Source: a candidate division FCPU426 bacterium | GTDB lineage: Bacteria > Oederibacteriota > Muellerivitia > Muellerivitales > Muellerivitaceae | Assembly: GCA_003136635.1 (NCBI GenBank) | Contig: PLFD01000055.1 | Location: forward strand, 346-64,345 | Direction: 5' to 3' | DNA length: 64,000 bases | Shown here: positions 25,776-35,537 of the stretch, piece by piece | How positions within the stretch are numbered: the first letter of the stretch is position 1 | Layout: each line of letters opens with the position of its first letter | The notes under the pieces: model-generated | Seen by the model: the letters and a program-made list of their open reading frames with translations, nothing else | Databases searched by the model: none | What the model was told of the DNA's origin: nothing | Program-made: the position numbers and the translations under genes

Positions 25776-27590
25776 ATGAATCTTTCTCACAATGAAGACG
25801 AAAAAAATATTCTGAAACTGGCGGACAGCTATTTTCAAAAAGGTTTGTGGGATAAGGCCATTGAAGAATGCCTCAAACTTTTAAAATCCAATCCAGATCA
25901 CACCGAGATTTACAACTTTTTGGGAGACGTTTATGTCAAAAAAGCGGATCATTCGCAAGCCTTTAAGGCCTATAACAAAGTTCTAACTGATTTAATCAAC
26001 CACGGTCAAAACTATAAAACCGCCGAATTGTTTAAAAAAATAGCGAGTCTGGACCGGGAGCAGCTCGGCGAGGAAGGTAAAAACAAACAAACCATTATTC
26101 AGCTTCAATTGGACGCTGACGAGGCTTTGTCGGTAAATAAATCGGATGAGGCGATCCAGTACTTAAATAAGGTTTTAAAACTCGATCCGTTCGATTTTAC
26201 GGTTGTTTTAAAACTGGCCCAATTGTTTGAAATTCTCGGCAGAAATTCCGACGCTGTCCAACAATACACACGTTTTGGCGAGGCCTTTCTCAAGAACAAG
26301 TCGCACAAAAAAGCCATGGAAATATTTAAAAAAATAGTAAGTCTTGAACCTGAAAGTATGGAAGCTCACCGCCATTTGGCTGAAATTCACCTGAAACTCG
26401 ATTCTGAGTTTGACGCCAAAAACGAATACTGTCATTTAGCCGAAATCGCTTTGGGAAGAAATGATCTAGACAGTGCTTTTGAATATGCCCTAAAAGCCAT
26501 CGATCTGAAAAGTCTGGACGCTTATTATGTTTTGGGAATTGTTTTATTTGAACGCAAAAAATGGCTTGATTCAAAAATAAAATTTGATGATTTTCTGAGG
26601 TTTAGACCAGGTCATGTGGGGGCGCAAGTTTATTTGGGCAAGATTTTTGACGCCCTTGACCAGCCAGCCAAAGCGGTCCAAGCTTTCCAAAAAGCTTTGA
26701 AAATGGATAAAGAAAACATGATGGCTTTGGAGGTTTGGGCGGAATATTGCGTTAAGACAAAGAATAACGATGAGGCGATAAAAACTTACAATCTCTTGAT
26801 CGAAAAATCCCTTTCGGAAGATCAGGATATGCGAACCTTGGAATGGGCCCGGCTTCTGGTCGCGGTGGATGAGAATTCAGCGCCCTCTCAACTAAAACTG
26901 GCTCAAATTTTGGAAAAAAATGGCGATTTAGACGCGGCGGGAGAGACTTATTTCAATTTGGTTTCAATTTATTCTAAAGAGAAGAATAGTGAGGAAGCTG
27001 AAAAATACCGCCGTAAAACGTTGGAACTGAAGCCTTTACACGCCAAGGCATTGGCGTTAGATCCGGGAAAAATGCGACTTTCTGAAGAAACTTCAGCTGC
27101 GGTTCAAACGCAATCCAGTCCTGTTCGATTCCAGGTGGAAAAACCGGTTTCAGAGACGATGGATTCTGAACCTCTGATCGCGAAACTTCCTGAAGTCAAT
27201 CCGCGCGAGATTCGTTTGGCGCAAATCAGTTTAGCGGATCAGTATATTTTTGAAGGCCAGTTAAACGAGGCGATTGATATACTGCAAAAATTAGCAGAAG
27301 GGAATCCTCATGATTTGATTGTTAAAGAGAAATTGAATCGAGTTTATGTTGCTTATTCCAAAGCAGATACGAATTTAACTGATGATTCTGAATTGTCTCC
27401 GCAGCCCCAAATTGTCATCACTCATTTCATGAATCAGGAAAAACCGCATTCAATTCACGATGAAAGTTTTAGTGAAACGAAGAGTTCATCGAAGGAGGGA
27501 GTTCCCGGATTTAAACTGGAAGCCGCGAAGAAGGCACGTTTAGAAGCGGAAAAAAAGAATCCAAAGAGATCCAAAAGGAAATTTGTTTAA
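25776..27590 (+). CDS. TPR-repeat protein, paralogue A (604 aa)
   Basis: Multiple 34-aa TPR-like units. Collinear with the N-terminal ~560 aa of the next gene. Short Lys-rich tail. Confidence 0.7.
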   Translation: MNLSHNEDEKNILKLADSYFQKGLWDKAIEECLKLLKSNPDHTEIYNFLGDVYVKKADHSQAFKAYNKVLTDLINHGQNYKTAELFKKIASLDREQLGEEGKNKQTIIQLQLDADEALSVNKSDEAIQYLNKVLKLDPFDFTVVLKLAQLFEILGRNSDAVQQYTRFGEAFLKNKSHKKAMEIFKKIVSLEPESMEAHRHLAEIHLKLDSEFDAKNEYCHLAEIALGRNDLDSAFEYALKAIDLKSLDAYYVLGIVLFERKKWLDSKIKFDDFLRFRPGHVGAQVYLGKIFDALDQPAKAVQAFQKALKMDKENMMALEVWAEYCVKTKNNDEAIKTYNLLIEKSLSEDQDMRTLEWARLLVAVDENSAPSQLKLAQILEKNGDLDAAGETYFNLVSIYSKEKNSEEAEKYRRKTLELKPLHAKALALDPGKMRLSEETSAAVQTQSSPVRFQVEKPVSETMDSEPLIAKLPEVNPREIRLAQISLADQYIFEGQLNEAIDILQKLAEGNPHDLIVKEKLNRVYVAYSKADTNLTDDSELSPQPQIVITHFMNQEKPHSIHDESFSETKSSSKEGVPGFKLEAAKKARLEAEKKNPKRSKRKFV

Positions 27591-27651
27591 AGGTCTCAAA
27601 GAAAGTTTGTAAAGAATTAAAGAAGATTTAAAAGATACGATAAAACTGTCA

Positions 27652-30549
27652 ATGAAAGGAGGGAAGGGCGAAATGGCTAATTTCAACGAAGACGATAAAA
27701 ATAATAGTGTTAAATCGGCCCATCTTTACTTTCAGGGAGGGCAGTGGGATAAGGCGATCGCCGAATACGAAAAAATATTAAATTTAGATCCTGACGATAT
27801 GAATATTCACAATATGTTGGGCGACCTACATGTTAAAAAAAATGATCCGGCTAAAGCTTACGAGGCTTATATTAAAGTCATCGACGATTTAAACAATCGG
27901 GGTCCAACCGACAAAATCATTGTGATGAATAAAAAAATTGCACGATTGGATGGTCATCTTCTGGGTCCCGCGGCCCAGCAAAAACACAGACTTATTCAGC
28001 TTTCTCTTAAGGCTGAGGAGGCTCTGGAGGAAAATAAAATTCAAGAGGCGGTAGAAGTTTTCACCGAAATTTTGAAATCAGACCCGGAAGATATGGTGTC
28101 GGCTTTGAAACTGGCGGAATTGGAAGAAAAACTGGGTCGAAAACAAAGTGCGGTGGAACGATATTCTGGTTTGGGAGAGTCCTTTCTTAAAAATCGTTTG
28201 TTTAAAAAAGCCCAGGAAATGTTTAAAAAAGTTTTAACCATAGATCCGGAAAACATCTCTGCGCGCTCCAATTTGGCTCAAACCTATATTAAACAAGGGT
28301 TTGAAAACGAGGCAAAAAAAGAATATTTAAACGTGGCGGAACAAGCGCTGGCCCAAAAGGATCTGGATGGCGCTTACGAGTACGCGAAGATGGCGGTTGA
28401 GTTAAAAAGTATTGAGGCGCATTATCTGGTGGGTGTGGTTTTATTTGAACGTGAAAAATGGGCTGAAGCTAAAGAGGAGTTTGAGCTGTTGCTTCGGTTT
28501 AAACTCAATCATGTGGCCGCTTTGGTTTTTTTAGGAAAAATCTACGCCGCAATAAATCAATCACCCAAGGCGGCTGAAACCTTTCAAAAAGCCCTAAGAA
28601 TTGAAAATGATAATCTGTTCGCTTTGGAGGCCTGGGCCGAGTATTGCGTCAAGAAGAACCTCAAAAATGAGGCGATTCAAGCGTTAAACCAATTAATTGA
28701 TAAAGCTGCGGTGGAGAGTAATAAAGAAGGCGCGGTGAAATGGGCACGAATTCTGGTTTCAGTAGACGAAAATTTATTGGCATCTAAATCGAAGCTAGCT
28801 GAGGCGTTGCAAAAAAATAACGATTCTCTAGGTGCTGCGGATGTTTATTATCATTTGGCTTTGACACACGGTAAGCAAAACAGAACCCAAGACGCGGCGA
28901 AATATATCCGTAAAACGCTCGAATTAAATCCGACCCATGCGGATGCTTTGGCGGCGGCTCCTGAAGAGGAGTGGATTTCTGAGACAACAACGGCTTCTCG
29001 AACGATTTCAGAGAGTCAGGAAAAAAACAAACAAGTTGTTTTGAAGACGACCGCTTTCGAATTGCCCAAAGCTCATGTTCCATCTGTAAGCCCACAGGAG
29101 GCACTTAAAGCTCAGTTAGATGTGGCGGATCACTATGTTAAACAAGGTCTTTTGGACGCAGCCATTGAGATTTATCAGCAATTAATCGAGGGAAACCCGA
29201 ATTATTCAGACGTCAAAGAAAAATTGAACCGAGTATATGCTGCTTACGCAAACACCGGTACGGATTTAACCGGTGCTTTTAAAACTGAGACGATTCTTCC
29301 TGCCGAGATTTTGACAACCAAGGATAACGATTCGTTGCACGCCGCTGTCCGTTCTGAATTGACACGACCCAATTTAGGGTCTCATCCCACAGCTTCGGCC
29401 CAGGAGCCTCAAGTCATTCTGGACGGTGCAAAAAAACAACCTGAAACTTCTGAAAAGGATTTGCGTGAATTAGAAGCTAAAGCTCGTGAAGAGGCGGATA
29501 AAAAAGTGAAAGTAGAATTGGAGAAACGGGCACAAGAAGAGGCAGAGAAGAAATCTCGCGATGAAGAGAAAAAGGTCCATGAAGCCACGGAGTATAAAAT
29601 TTATGAGGATGAGGAGAAGAAAATCCGTGAAGCGATGGAAAAGAAGATCCGCGAAGAAGTTGAAAGAAAAGTTCGCGCTGAAATTGAAAAAGAAGATAGA
29701 GAAGAAACGGAAATTAAAACTCGTCAGGAATCAGAGAAGAAAGCCCGCGAAGAAGCGGAAAATAAAATTCGTGAACAAGAAGAGGATAAAAAGTTTCATG
29801 AAGAGATGGAACGTAAAGTCCGCGAAGACATCGAAAGGCGAGCCCGCGAAGAAGCGGACAAGAAATCCCTCGGTGAGATACAAAATAAAATCCGTGAAGC
29901 GGTTGAAAAGAAAACCCGCGAACACGAGGAGAAAAAAGCTAGGGAAACTGTGGAAAATCACGAACGGTTAGAGATGGAACGTAAAGTCCGTGCGGAAGTT
30001 GAAGCGAAGGTTAAAGAAAAGATGGAAAAGAAAGCCCATGAAGAGGCGGAAAAGAGAATCAGGGAAAGCGTGGAAAGGGAAGTTCGCGAGGCCGCAGAAA
30101 AGAATGTCCGCGAAGAAATTGAACGAAGAATTCAGGAAGAGCTGCAGAAAAAATATCGAGAAGATGAAAAAAAGAGAGCCAGGGAAGAAGCGAAAAAGAA
30201 AATCCACGAAGTCATGAACAAGAAAACTGAGGTTCTTGGCGCGATGATTGCTTTGACCGAGGCGGATCAGTTCCACAGTCAGGGACGTTATGAAGAAGCA
30301 TTGAAGCTGTACCATAAAATATTGGAATCGAATCCCGATGATCCTTATGTTCTTCAAAAAATCGGCGCTGTTAAAGAAATTTTGAAGACGAACGAAATTC
30401 CGCACGCAGCCAGTCCGCCTACTTTGAAGGTGATCGAATCACCCGCGAAGGCGACGGAGTCGCCTATATCGTCAAATGCCACAGTTCCTCCCGAACTTGA
30501 AAAAGATTCCGAGACTAAGAAAAAAAATAACAAAATCGGCTACGTTTGA
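27652..30549 (+). CDS. TPR-repeat protein, paralogue B (965 aa) with a ~250-aa Glu/Lys/Arg octad-repeat helix and an extra C-terminal TPR unit
   Basis: The N-terminal ~560 aa are collinear with paralogue A. The charged repeat region and a terminal TPR-like block are also present. An alternative start is at 27673. Confidence 0.7.
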   Translation: MKGGKGEMANFNEDDKNNSVKSAHLYFQGGQWDKAIAEYEKILNLDPDDMNIHNMLGDLHVKKNDPAKAYEAYIKVIDDLNNRGPTDKIIVMNKKIARLDGHLLGPAAQQKHRLIQLSLKAEEALEENKIQEAVEVFTEILKSDPEDMVSALKLAELEEKLGRKQSAVERYSGLGESFLKNRLFKKAQEMFKKVLTIDPENISARSNLAQTYIKQGFENEAKKEYLNVAEQALAQKDLDGAYEYAKMAVELKSIEAHYLVGVVLFEREKWAEAKEEFELLLRFKLNHVAALVFLGKIYAAINQSPKAAETFQKALRIENDNLFALEAWAEYCVKKNLKNEAIQALNQLIDKAAVESNKEGAVKWARILVSVDENLLASKSKLAEALQKNNDSLGAADVYYHLALTHGKQNRTQDAAKYIRKTLELNPTHADALAAAPEEEWISETTTASRTISESQEKNKQVVLKTTAFELPKAHVPSVSPQEALKAQLDVADHYVKQGLLDAAIEIYQQLIEGNPNYSDVKEKLNRVYAAYANTGTDLTGAFKTETILPAEILTTKDNDSLHAAVRSELTRPNLGSHPTASAQEPQVILDGAKKQPETSEKDLRELEAKAREEADKKVKVELEKRAQEEAEKKSRDEEKKVHEATEYKIYEDEEKKIREAMEKKIREEVERKVRAEIEKEDREETEIKTRQESEKKAREEAENKIREQEEDKKFHEEMERKVREDIERRAREEADKKSLGEIQNKIREAVEKKTREHEEKKARETVENHERLEMERKVRAEVEAKVKEKMEKKAHEEAEKRIRESVEREVREAAEKNVREEIERRIQEELQKKYREDEKKRAREEAKKKIHEVMNKKTEVLGAMIALTEADQFHSQGRYEEALKLYHKILESNPDDPYVLQKIGAVKEILKTNEIPHAASPPTLKVIESPAKATESPISSNATVPPELEKDSETKKKNNKIGYV
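29470..30225 (+). repeat. degenerate in-frame 24-nt tandem repeat (about 30 units)
   Basis: Consecutive 24-nt units can be read in phase, e.g. 29617-29640, 29641-29664, 29665-29688, 29737-29760. Each encodes KK-h-RE-E-h-E. Confidence 0.8.
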
Positions 30550-30722
30550 ATTTTTGAAGTTCGGATCGTCCTTAAAAGCGGCTACGAAAATTCGTCTAAA
30601 CGACATTATTGTGTCCAACTGAAAACCTATTCCTTTGTAATTGTTGCATAGTTATTGATTCATGAATGGCATGTTACTTGCTCGTTTATGACGCAAGGTT
30701 AAACCACGATCGAGGTACGACG

Positions 30723-31976
30723 ATGTTCAAAACAACGCAATCGAAATTAAATATCCGAAAAATTATTGAGGGCGAATCCGTTACGGCGCTCTATCAACCT
30801 ATTATTTCTCTCAAGCGAAAAGGGTTAATCGGGTTTGAAGGCTTGGCCCACGGAGTTTATCCGGATAATAAAGCGGTGATTCCGGCAGAGGAACTCTCTT
30901 TAGCGGCTTCCCAAGGAGGCCTGAGCTTGGCGCTGGATAGGTTGCGTCGGAAAAAAGTCCTGGAACAATTTAAACCTATTCAAGAAGCTTATCCAGACAC
31001 TATGCTGACTCTGAGTTTCGACGGGTCTATCCTGGGTGAAGAAGTCGAAGGCTCGGGGCATTTAATTCAAACAGTAAAAAACATGGGGCTGAACCCCTGG
31101 AACATCTGTATTGAAATCATCGAATCAAAAGTGGACAACGTCGACGAGCTTCAAAAATTCGTGGATACCTACCGAGACTATGGGTTTTTGATCGCGCTGG
31201 AGGATGTGGGTACGGGCCACTTCAATCTTAACCACATCGTTCTGTTAAAGCCGGACATCATGAAGGTTGACCGTTCTCTAATAGAGGGAATTCAGGACAA
31301 TTTTTACAAACAGCAAATTTTAAAATCGCTCGTGTTCCTATGCCGTACTCTGGGGACGATGATCATCGCCGAGGGCGTTGAAACGAAAGAGGAGGCCCTG
31401 ACGGTTCTTCAATTGGGAGCGGACATGCTTCAGGGAGATTATTTTTCTAAACCCCAAGAACCAAGCCAGAGCCTCCAGGAATCTTATACAGATAAAATAA
31501 CCGATCTGGCTGCTACTTTTAGAACAGGTGTGGGTAAAAAAATCAGGATCAAACGGGTCAATTACACAAAATATAATTCTATGATTGAAGAACTTCTCAC
31601 AGACCTTTCGCAAACGTCTGCTTCGGCTTTCGACTTAAAACTGTTCCAGGCCGCCGCACGGTTACCCTTTATTGAGTGTTTTTACATTATCGACGAAAAG
31701 GGAATTCAGGAAACCAAAACCTATTTCAGCAAAAACGAAGACCTGCACAACAACAAACTAATGTTCCGTCCCGCTCCCAAAGGAACCGACCATTCGATGA
31801 AAGACTATTACTATATGCTGATCGAAGATGGGGTTGAAAAAAGTTATATCACCGAACCTTACTTATCGATGGCTTCAGGAAATCTGGGTGTGACCATCTC
31901 GACGCTTTTTACTGACACGCTTCAAAAGAAATATCTTTTTTGCGTGGATATCAAGGCTGAGAAATCGGTCTATTGA
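30723..31976 (+). CDS. EAL-domain protein with a C-terminal Cache/PDC-like domain
   Basis: YQPIISL...GFEGLAHG, CIEIIES, ALEDVGTG, KVDRSLI, IIAEGVET and QGDYFSKP blocks. The C-terminal DHSMKDYYY...ITEPYLSMASGNLGVTIS resembles the Cache core. Start at ATG 30723 (GAGG RBS). Confidence 0.7.
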   Translation: MFKTTQSKLNIRKIIEGESVTALYQPIISLKRKGLIGFEGLAHGVYPDNKAVIPAEELSLAASQGGLSLALDRLRRKKVLEQFKPIQEAYPDTMLTLSFDGSILGEEVEGSGHLIQTVKNMGLNPWNICIEIIESKVDNVDELQKFVDTYRDYGFLIALEDVGTGHFNLNHIVLLKPDIMKVDRSLIEGIQDNFYKQQILKSLVFLCRTLGTMIIAEGVETKEEALTVLQLGADMLQGDYFSKPQEPSQSLQESYTDKITDLAATFRTGVGKKIRIKRVNYTKYNSMIEELLTDLSQTSASAFDLKLFQAAARLPFIECFYIIDEKGIQETKTYFSKNEDLHNNKLMFRPAPKGTDHSMKDYYYMLIEDGVEKSYITEPYLSMASGNLGVTISTLFTDTLQKKYLFCVDIKAEKSVY

Positions 31977-32061
31977 GATTGGATTCCTGCAAAATAAATT
32001 TTTTATTTGAGCCAGGGTTGATTTGAAGTTGGTGAATAAGATTTTAAAGGAGTTCAAAACT

Positions 32062-32283
32062 TTAAGGTTGTTGATCGGTGCTTTGTTGCGGCGCAAACAT
32101 TTTGATGGCGGCTTTCGAAGCGTCATCATCTTTACTACCACCAGAAAAAAGAAAGTAAGAGAGAACAATCAGAACCGCACCCCAAAGCATTAGTTTTGGT
32201 TCTGCAATCTTTTTCCCGCGGTAAAGAAGGTAGCTGCCAATCGCTCCCATGAGGGCGGACACCGCGAATTCAAACCAAACCAT
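32062..32283 (-). CDS. small two-TM membrane protein
   Basis: 73 aa with two hydrophobic segments, immediately downstream of the PBP gene. Confidence 0.4.
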   Translation of the reverse strand: MVWFEFAVSALMGAIGSYLLYRGKKIAEPKLMLWGAVLIVLSYFLFSGGSKDDDASKAAIKMFAPQQSTDQQP

Positions 32284-32298
32284 GATTTTCCCCCGGAA

Positions 32299-34125
32299 CT
32301 ACTTTTTCTCGTTATCCGACGAGAAATGCATAAATTCCATCATACCCTCGATGACCTTTTTGGCAATGGGGGCCGCCACGTCTTTACCTGTACCGCCGTT
32401 TTCGGCCAGGATGGCCATAGCGATTTGAGGATTTTCGGCGGGGAAAAAGCAGATAAACCAGGCGTGAAAATTGGGGTTGCGGCTTCCCGAAGTACCTGTT
32501 TTACCGGCTACTTTTATGCCTTTAACCCGGGCTTTGACACCGATGCCCCGTTCTACATCATTGACCATCATGGTGGTTAGGAATTGGGCAGTCTGGCGAT
32601 TAATGGCATTCTTATAAACAACTGGTTTATTTTCTTCCAAAACCGTTCCTTCGATGTTGGTTAGTTTTTGAACCAAGTAAGGAGACATAATAACGCCATC
32701 ATTCGCGATGGCAGAAACGATGAGAGCGGCGTTTAACGGAGTTAGCCTGAAAGTATCGCCTAAGCCCGTAGCGCTTTCCGCGAGCTCATAGTTGGTGAGT
32801 CCCAGTTTTGGAGAATTTCCCTGAGCCACGGGAATGTTGATGGTTTTAGGGACGGAATTAAAGCCAAAGCGATTGTCATATTCAAAAAGGGTATCTTCAC
32901 CTATCGCAATACCGAGGCGGGCGTAGGACACGTTACAGGAAGTGTCAAAAGCTTCTTCTAAACTCCGAATTTCTTTATGTTTTTCGTTGTCGTAAAAGAT
33001 TTTATTGTCGATATAGGTGTAACCCTTGCAATAAAGAGGGAAAACGGAGGACATGTTTAGATTTTTTTCGATGGCGGCGGAAGAAGTTACAATTTTAACA
33101 ATTGAACCTGGTTCGTATAGGCCTTCAAAAGCCCGATTTTTTAAAGGGGTATTTTTGTTATCAATATAACTCCACCATTGTTCGTGAACTTTTTCTGGCG
33201 TATATGTGGGTTGTGAAACAGAACCCAAAATTTCGCCTGTGTGAGGATCGAGAACTACAATCGCTCCTTTTTCCCAGCCTAAGGCTTTTGAAATAACCAG
33301 TTGAATGCGGCTGTCCACGGTTAGATAAAGCTTATTACCGGGGAAGTCCTTTTGATAAACGGATTCAAGACCAGTGCTACCGCGGTTGTTGGTGGTGTTT
33401 TGATCCACATAGCCAATCAAATGGGCAAATTCTTTGCCCATGGGATAGCCTCTATTTCCGTTTTTAGTCCACTCCAAAGCCAAAGGTACTCCGTTACGGT
33501 CATAAATGTAATAAACAGAACCACGGTCTCTTTCGGAATGAGCTTCGTCCAACTGGGTTTGGGCCATTTTATTTTTGGGATCAAGGTGAAGAGCGGTTTC
33601 GTAATACTTTATGGCCTGTGAGGTTTGGTCTAAAGCCCGTTCGGTGGTGCCTAAAGCCGCGTAAATATCGGCATTATTGGGCTGTATTTCTAAAGCATGT
33701 TGAAGTTCTAATTCCGCTTGGGGATATTGGCCTTTGTCGATAAAAGCCTGTCCGGTCTTGAGATGGTCAAATTTACGGCTAAAGCCCAATCCCATTTGGA
33801 TGGCTTGGTCATAAAGGCTTTTGGCTTTATCTAGGTTATCGGCCTTCATTTCGATCAAGCCGAGTCCATCAACCGCTTTGGCATCGCCTGGAGTACGGGT
33901 GAGAACCTTATTAAATTCCATTCGGGCAAGCTCTAAATCGCCTGTGCGCCAATATTTAAGACCCATTAAATAATCATATTGATTCATCAAAATAGTTTTA
34001 GAGGTCACCAAACCGCAAAAAATAATGATGATAAGTAAAATGGTTCGAACAGAAGGAAGTTTTGTCCTTCTTTTACGAGAGAGGGATATGGGTTTATATT
34101 TAGAAAAGGGATCTATCGAAGGCAT
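32299..34125 (-). CDS. penicillin-binding protein (class B-like transpeptidase) with an N-terminal TPR module
   Basis: TM anchor, about four TPR-like units, then the transpeptidase motifs SIVK (SxxK), SCN (SxN) and KTGTS (KTG). Confidence 0.8.
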   Translation of the reverse strand: MPSIDPFSKYKPISLSRKRRTKLPSVRTILLIIIIFCGLVTSKTILMNQYDYLMGLKYWRTGDLELARMEFNKVLTRTPGDAKAVDGLGLIEMKADNLDKAKSLYDQAIQMGLGFSRKFDHLKTGQAFIDKGQYPQAELELQHALEIQPNNADIYAALGTTERALDQTSQAIKYYETALHLDPKNKMAQTQLDEAHSERDRGSVYYIYDRNGVPLALEWTKNGNRGYPMGKEFAHLIGYVDQNTTNNRGSTGLESVYQKDFPGNKLYLTVDSRIQLVISKALGWEKGAIVVLDPHTGEILGSVSQPTYTPEKVHEQWWSYIDNKNTPLKNRAFEGLYEPGSIVKIVTSSAAIEKNLNMSSVFPLYCKGYTYIDNKIFYDNEKHKEIRSLEEAFDTSCNVSYARLGIAIGEDTLFEYDNRFGFNSVPKTINIPVAQGNSPKLGLTNYELAESATGLGDTFRLTPLNAALIVSAIANDGVIMSPYLVQKLTNIEGTVLEENKPVVYKNAINRQTAQFLTTMMVNDVERGIGVKARVKGIKVAGKTGTSGSRNPNFHAWFICFFPAENPQIAMAILAENGGTGKDVAAPIAKKVIEGMMEFMHFSSDNEKK

Positions 34126-34244
34126 TTAAATGAGGCTCCTTGTTAACCCGAGCATTATTAGGGGAACGGAAGACGAAATAAAGGGAAAAACGGCCAATTG
34201 GCGGTGGGCATCGTTGCACCACGTCTTAAAAGGTACTATAAGGA

Positions 34245-35513
34245 TTGGGCAGCACTCAGATTGTCCAAATTATTAAAAAGCGATTCCAAATGGAAATAGT
34301 CTTAATTTTCTTTAGTCTTTTACTGTTGATCGTTCTGATTATTTTAACTTTGCGCAAACCCAATGGAAGGATTAGCGAAGTTCTTGCTAGTTTGGGAAAT
34401 TTGGCGAAAGATCAGGAGCGTTTAGAAAAAGTTTTGAAAGATGAAATGGGCCGAAATCGCGAGGAAACCAGCGCCAGCGAAAGGGCTGCCCGGGAGGAAA
34501 TTCAACGCCAGCTTTTAACCCTTACCCAACTGAATGAGCAAAAGCTTGAATTGGTCCGGCAAACGCTTGAAAAACAATTGCGAAATCTGCAGGAAGACAA
34601 TGGCCAGAAATTAGATCAGATGAGGTTGGTGGTGGATGAAAAATTACAGGCCACTTTGGAAAAACGTTTAAGCGATTCTTTTCGGCAGGTAAGTGAAAGA
34701 CTGGAACAGGTTCATCAAGGATTAGGGGAAATGCAGTCGCTGGCCGCCAATGTAGGTGCTTTGCAGCGGACTTTAACCAACGTAAAAACCAGAGGTACCT
34801 GGGGTGAGGTTCAGTTGGAGAGCCTGCTTCAGCAAATCTTGACGGTGGAGCAGTTTGAAAAGAACGTGGCAACCAAACAAGGAAGCAAAGACCGGGTGGA
34901 ATTTGCGGTTAAATTACCGGGTCGCGAGGGTGAGTTGGGTCAGCCGGTTTGGCTTCCTATCGACGCTAAGTTTCCCCAGGAAGACTATCAGAGACTAACC
35001 GACGCTTTTGAAAAGGGTGATGTGGCTGGGGTGGAAGAGGCTTCTAAAAGTCTGGTTCAACGGGTGAAAGCTGAAGCTAAAAGCATTAAGGAAAAGTATT
35101 TGGACCCCCCTCATACTACGGATTTTGCCATTTTGTTTTTACCGACTGAAGGTTTATACGCGGAGGTTTTAAGGCAACCGGGACTCTTGGATCAAATGCA
35201 AAGGGAAAACCGGATTGTCTTGACTGGTCCTACGACTCTCGCGGCCATTTTAAATAGTCTTCAAATCGGCTTCCGAACACTGACAATTGAAAAACGTTCC
35301 AGCGAAGTTTGGAATCTGTTGGGAGTAGTGAAAAAAGAATTTGGACAATTCACGGATATTCTTGAAAAAACACGGAAAAAGCTGCAGGAAGCTACTAATA
35401 CTATGGAAGACGCTTCTAAAAAGACCCGAACGATTGAGCAAAAGTTGAAAAAAGTTGAAGGCTTGCCTTCTAGTCTGGAAGAAGAAACGACCACTGAACA
35501 GCCGTTGGAATAA
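34245..35513 (+). CDS. rmuC: DNA recombination protein RmuC
   Basis: N-terminal TM segment, long coiled coil, and the RGTWGEVQLESLL block. The start could be ATG 34290. Confidence 0.85.
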   Translation: MGSTQIVQIIKKRFQMEIVLIFFSLLLLIVLIILTLRKPNGRISEVLASLGNLAKDQERLEKVLKDEMGRNREETSASERAAREEIQRQLLTLTQLNEQKLELVRQTLEKQLRNLQEDNGQKLDQMRLVVDEKLQATLEKRLSDSFRQVSERLEQVHQGLGEMQSLAANVGALQRTLTNVKTRGTWGEVQLESLLQQILTVEQFEKNVATKQGSKDRVEFAVKLPGREGELGQPVWLPIDAKFPQEDYQRLTDAFEKGDVAGVEEASKSLVQRVKAEAKSIKEKYLDPPHTTDFAILFLPTEGLYAEVLRQPGLLDQMQRENRIVLTGPTTLAAILNSLQIGFRTLTIEKRSSEVWNLLGVVKKEFGQFTDILEKTRKKLQEATNTMEDASKKTRTIEQKLKKVEGLPSSLEEETTTEQPLE

Positions 35514-35537
35514 AGCACTTTAGGATATAATTCGCCC

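Noticed and set aside
29561-30405. Four ORFs (two per strand, 75-145 aa) inside the charged-repeat region of the large TPR gene
   Set aside because: They are frame-shifted or antisense readings of a purine-rich 24-nt repeat. They yield Lys/Arg or Phe-rich low-complexity strings, so they are artefacts.
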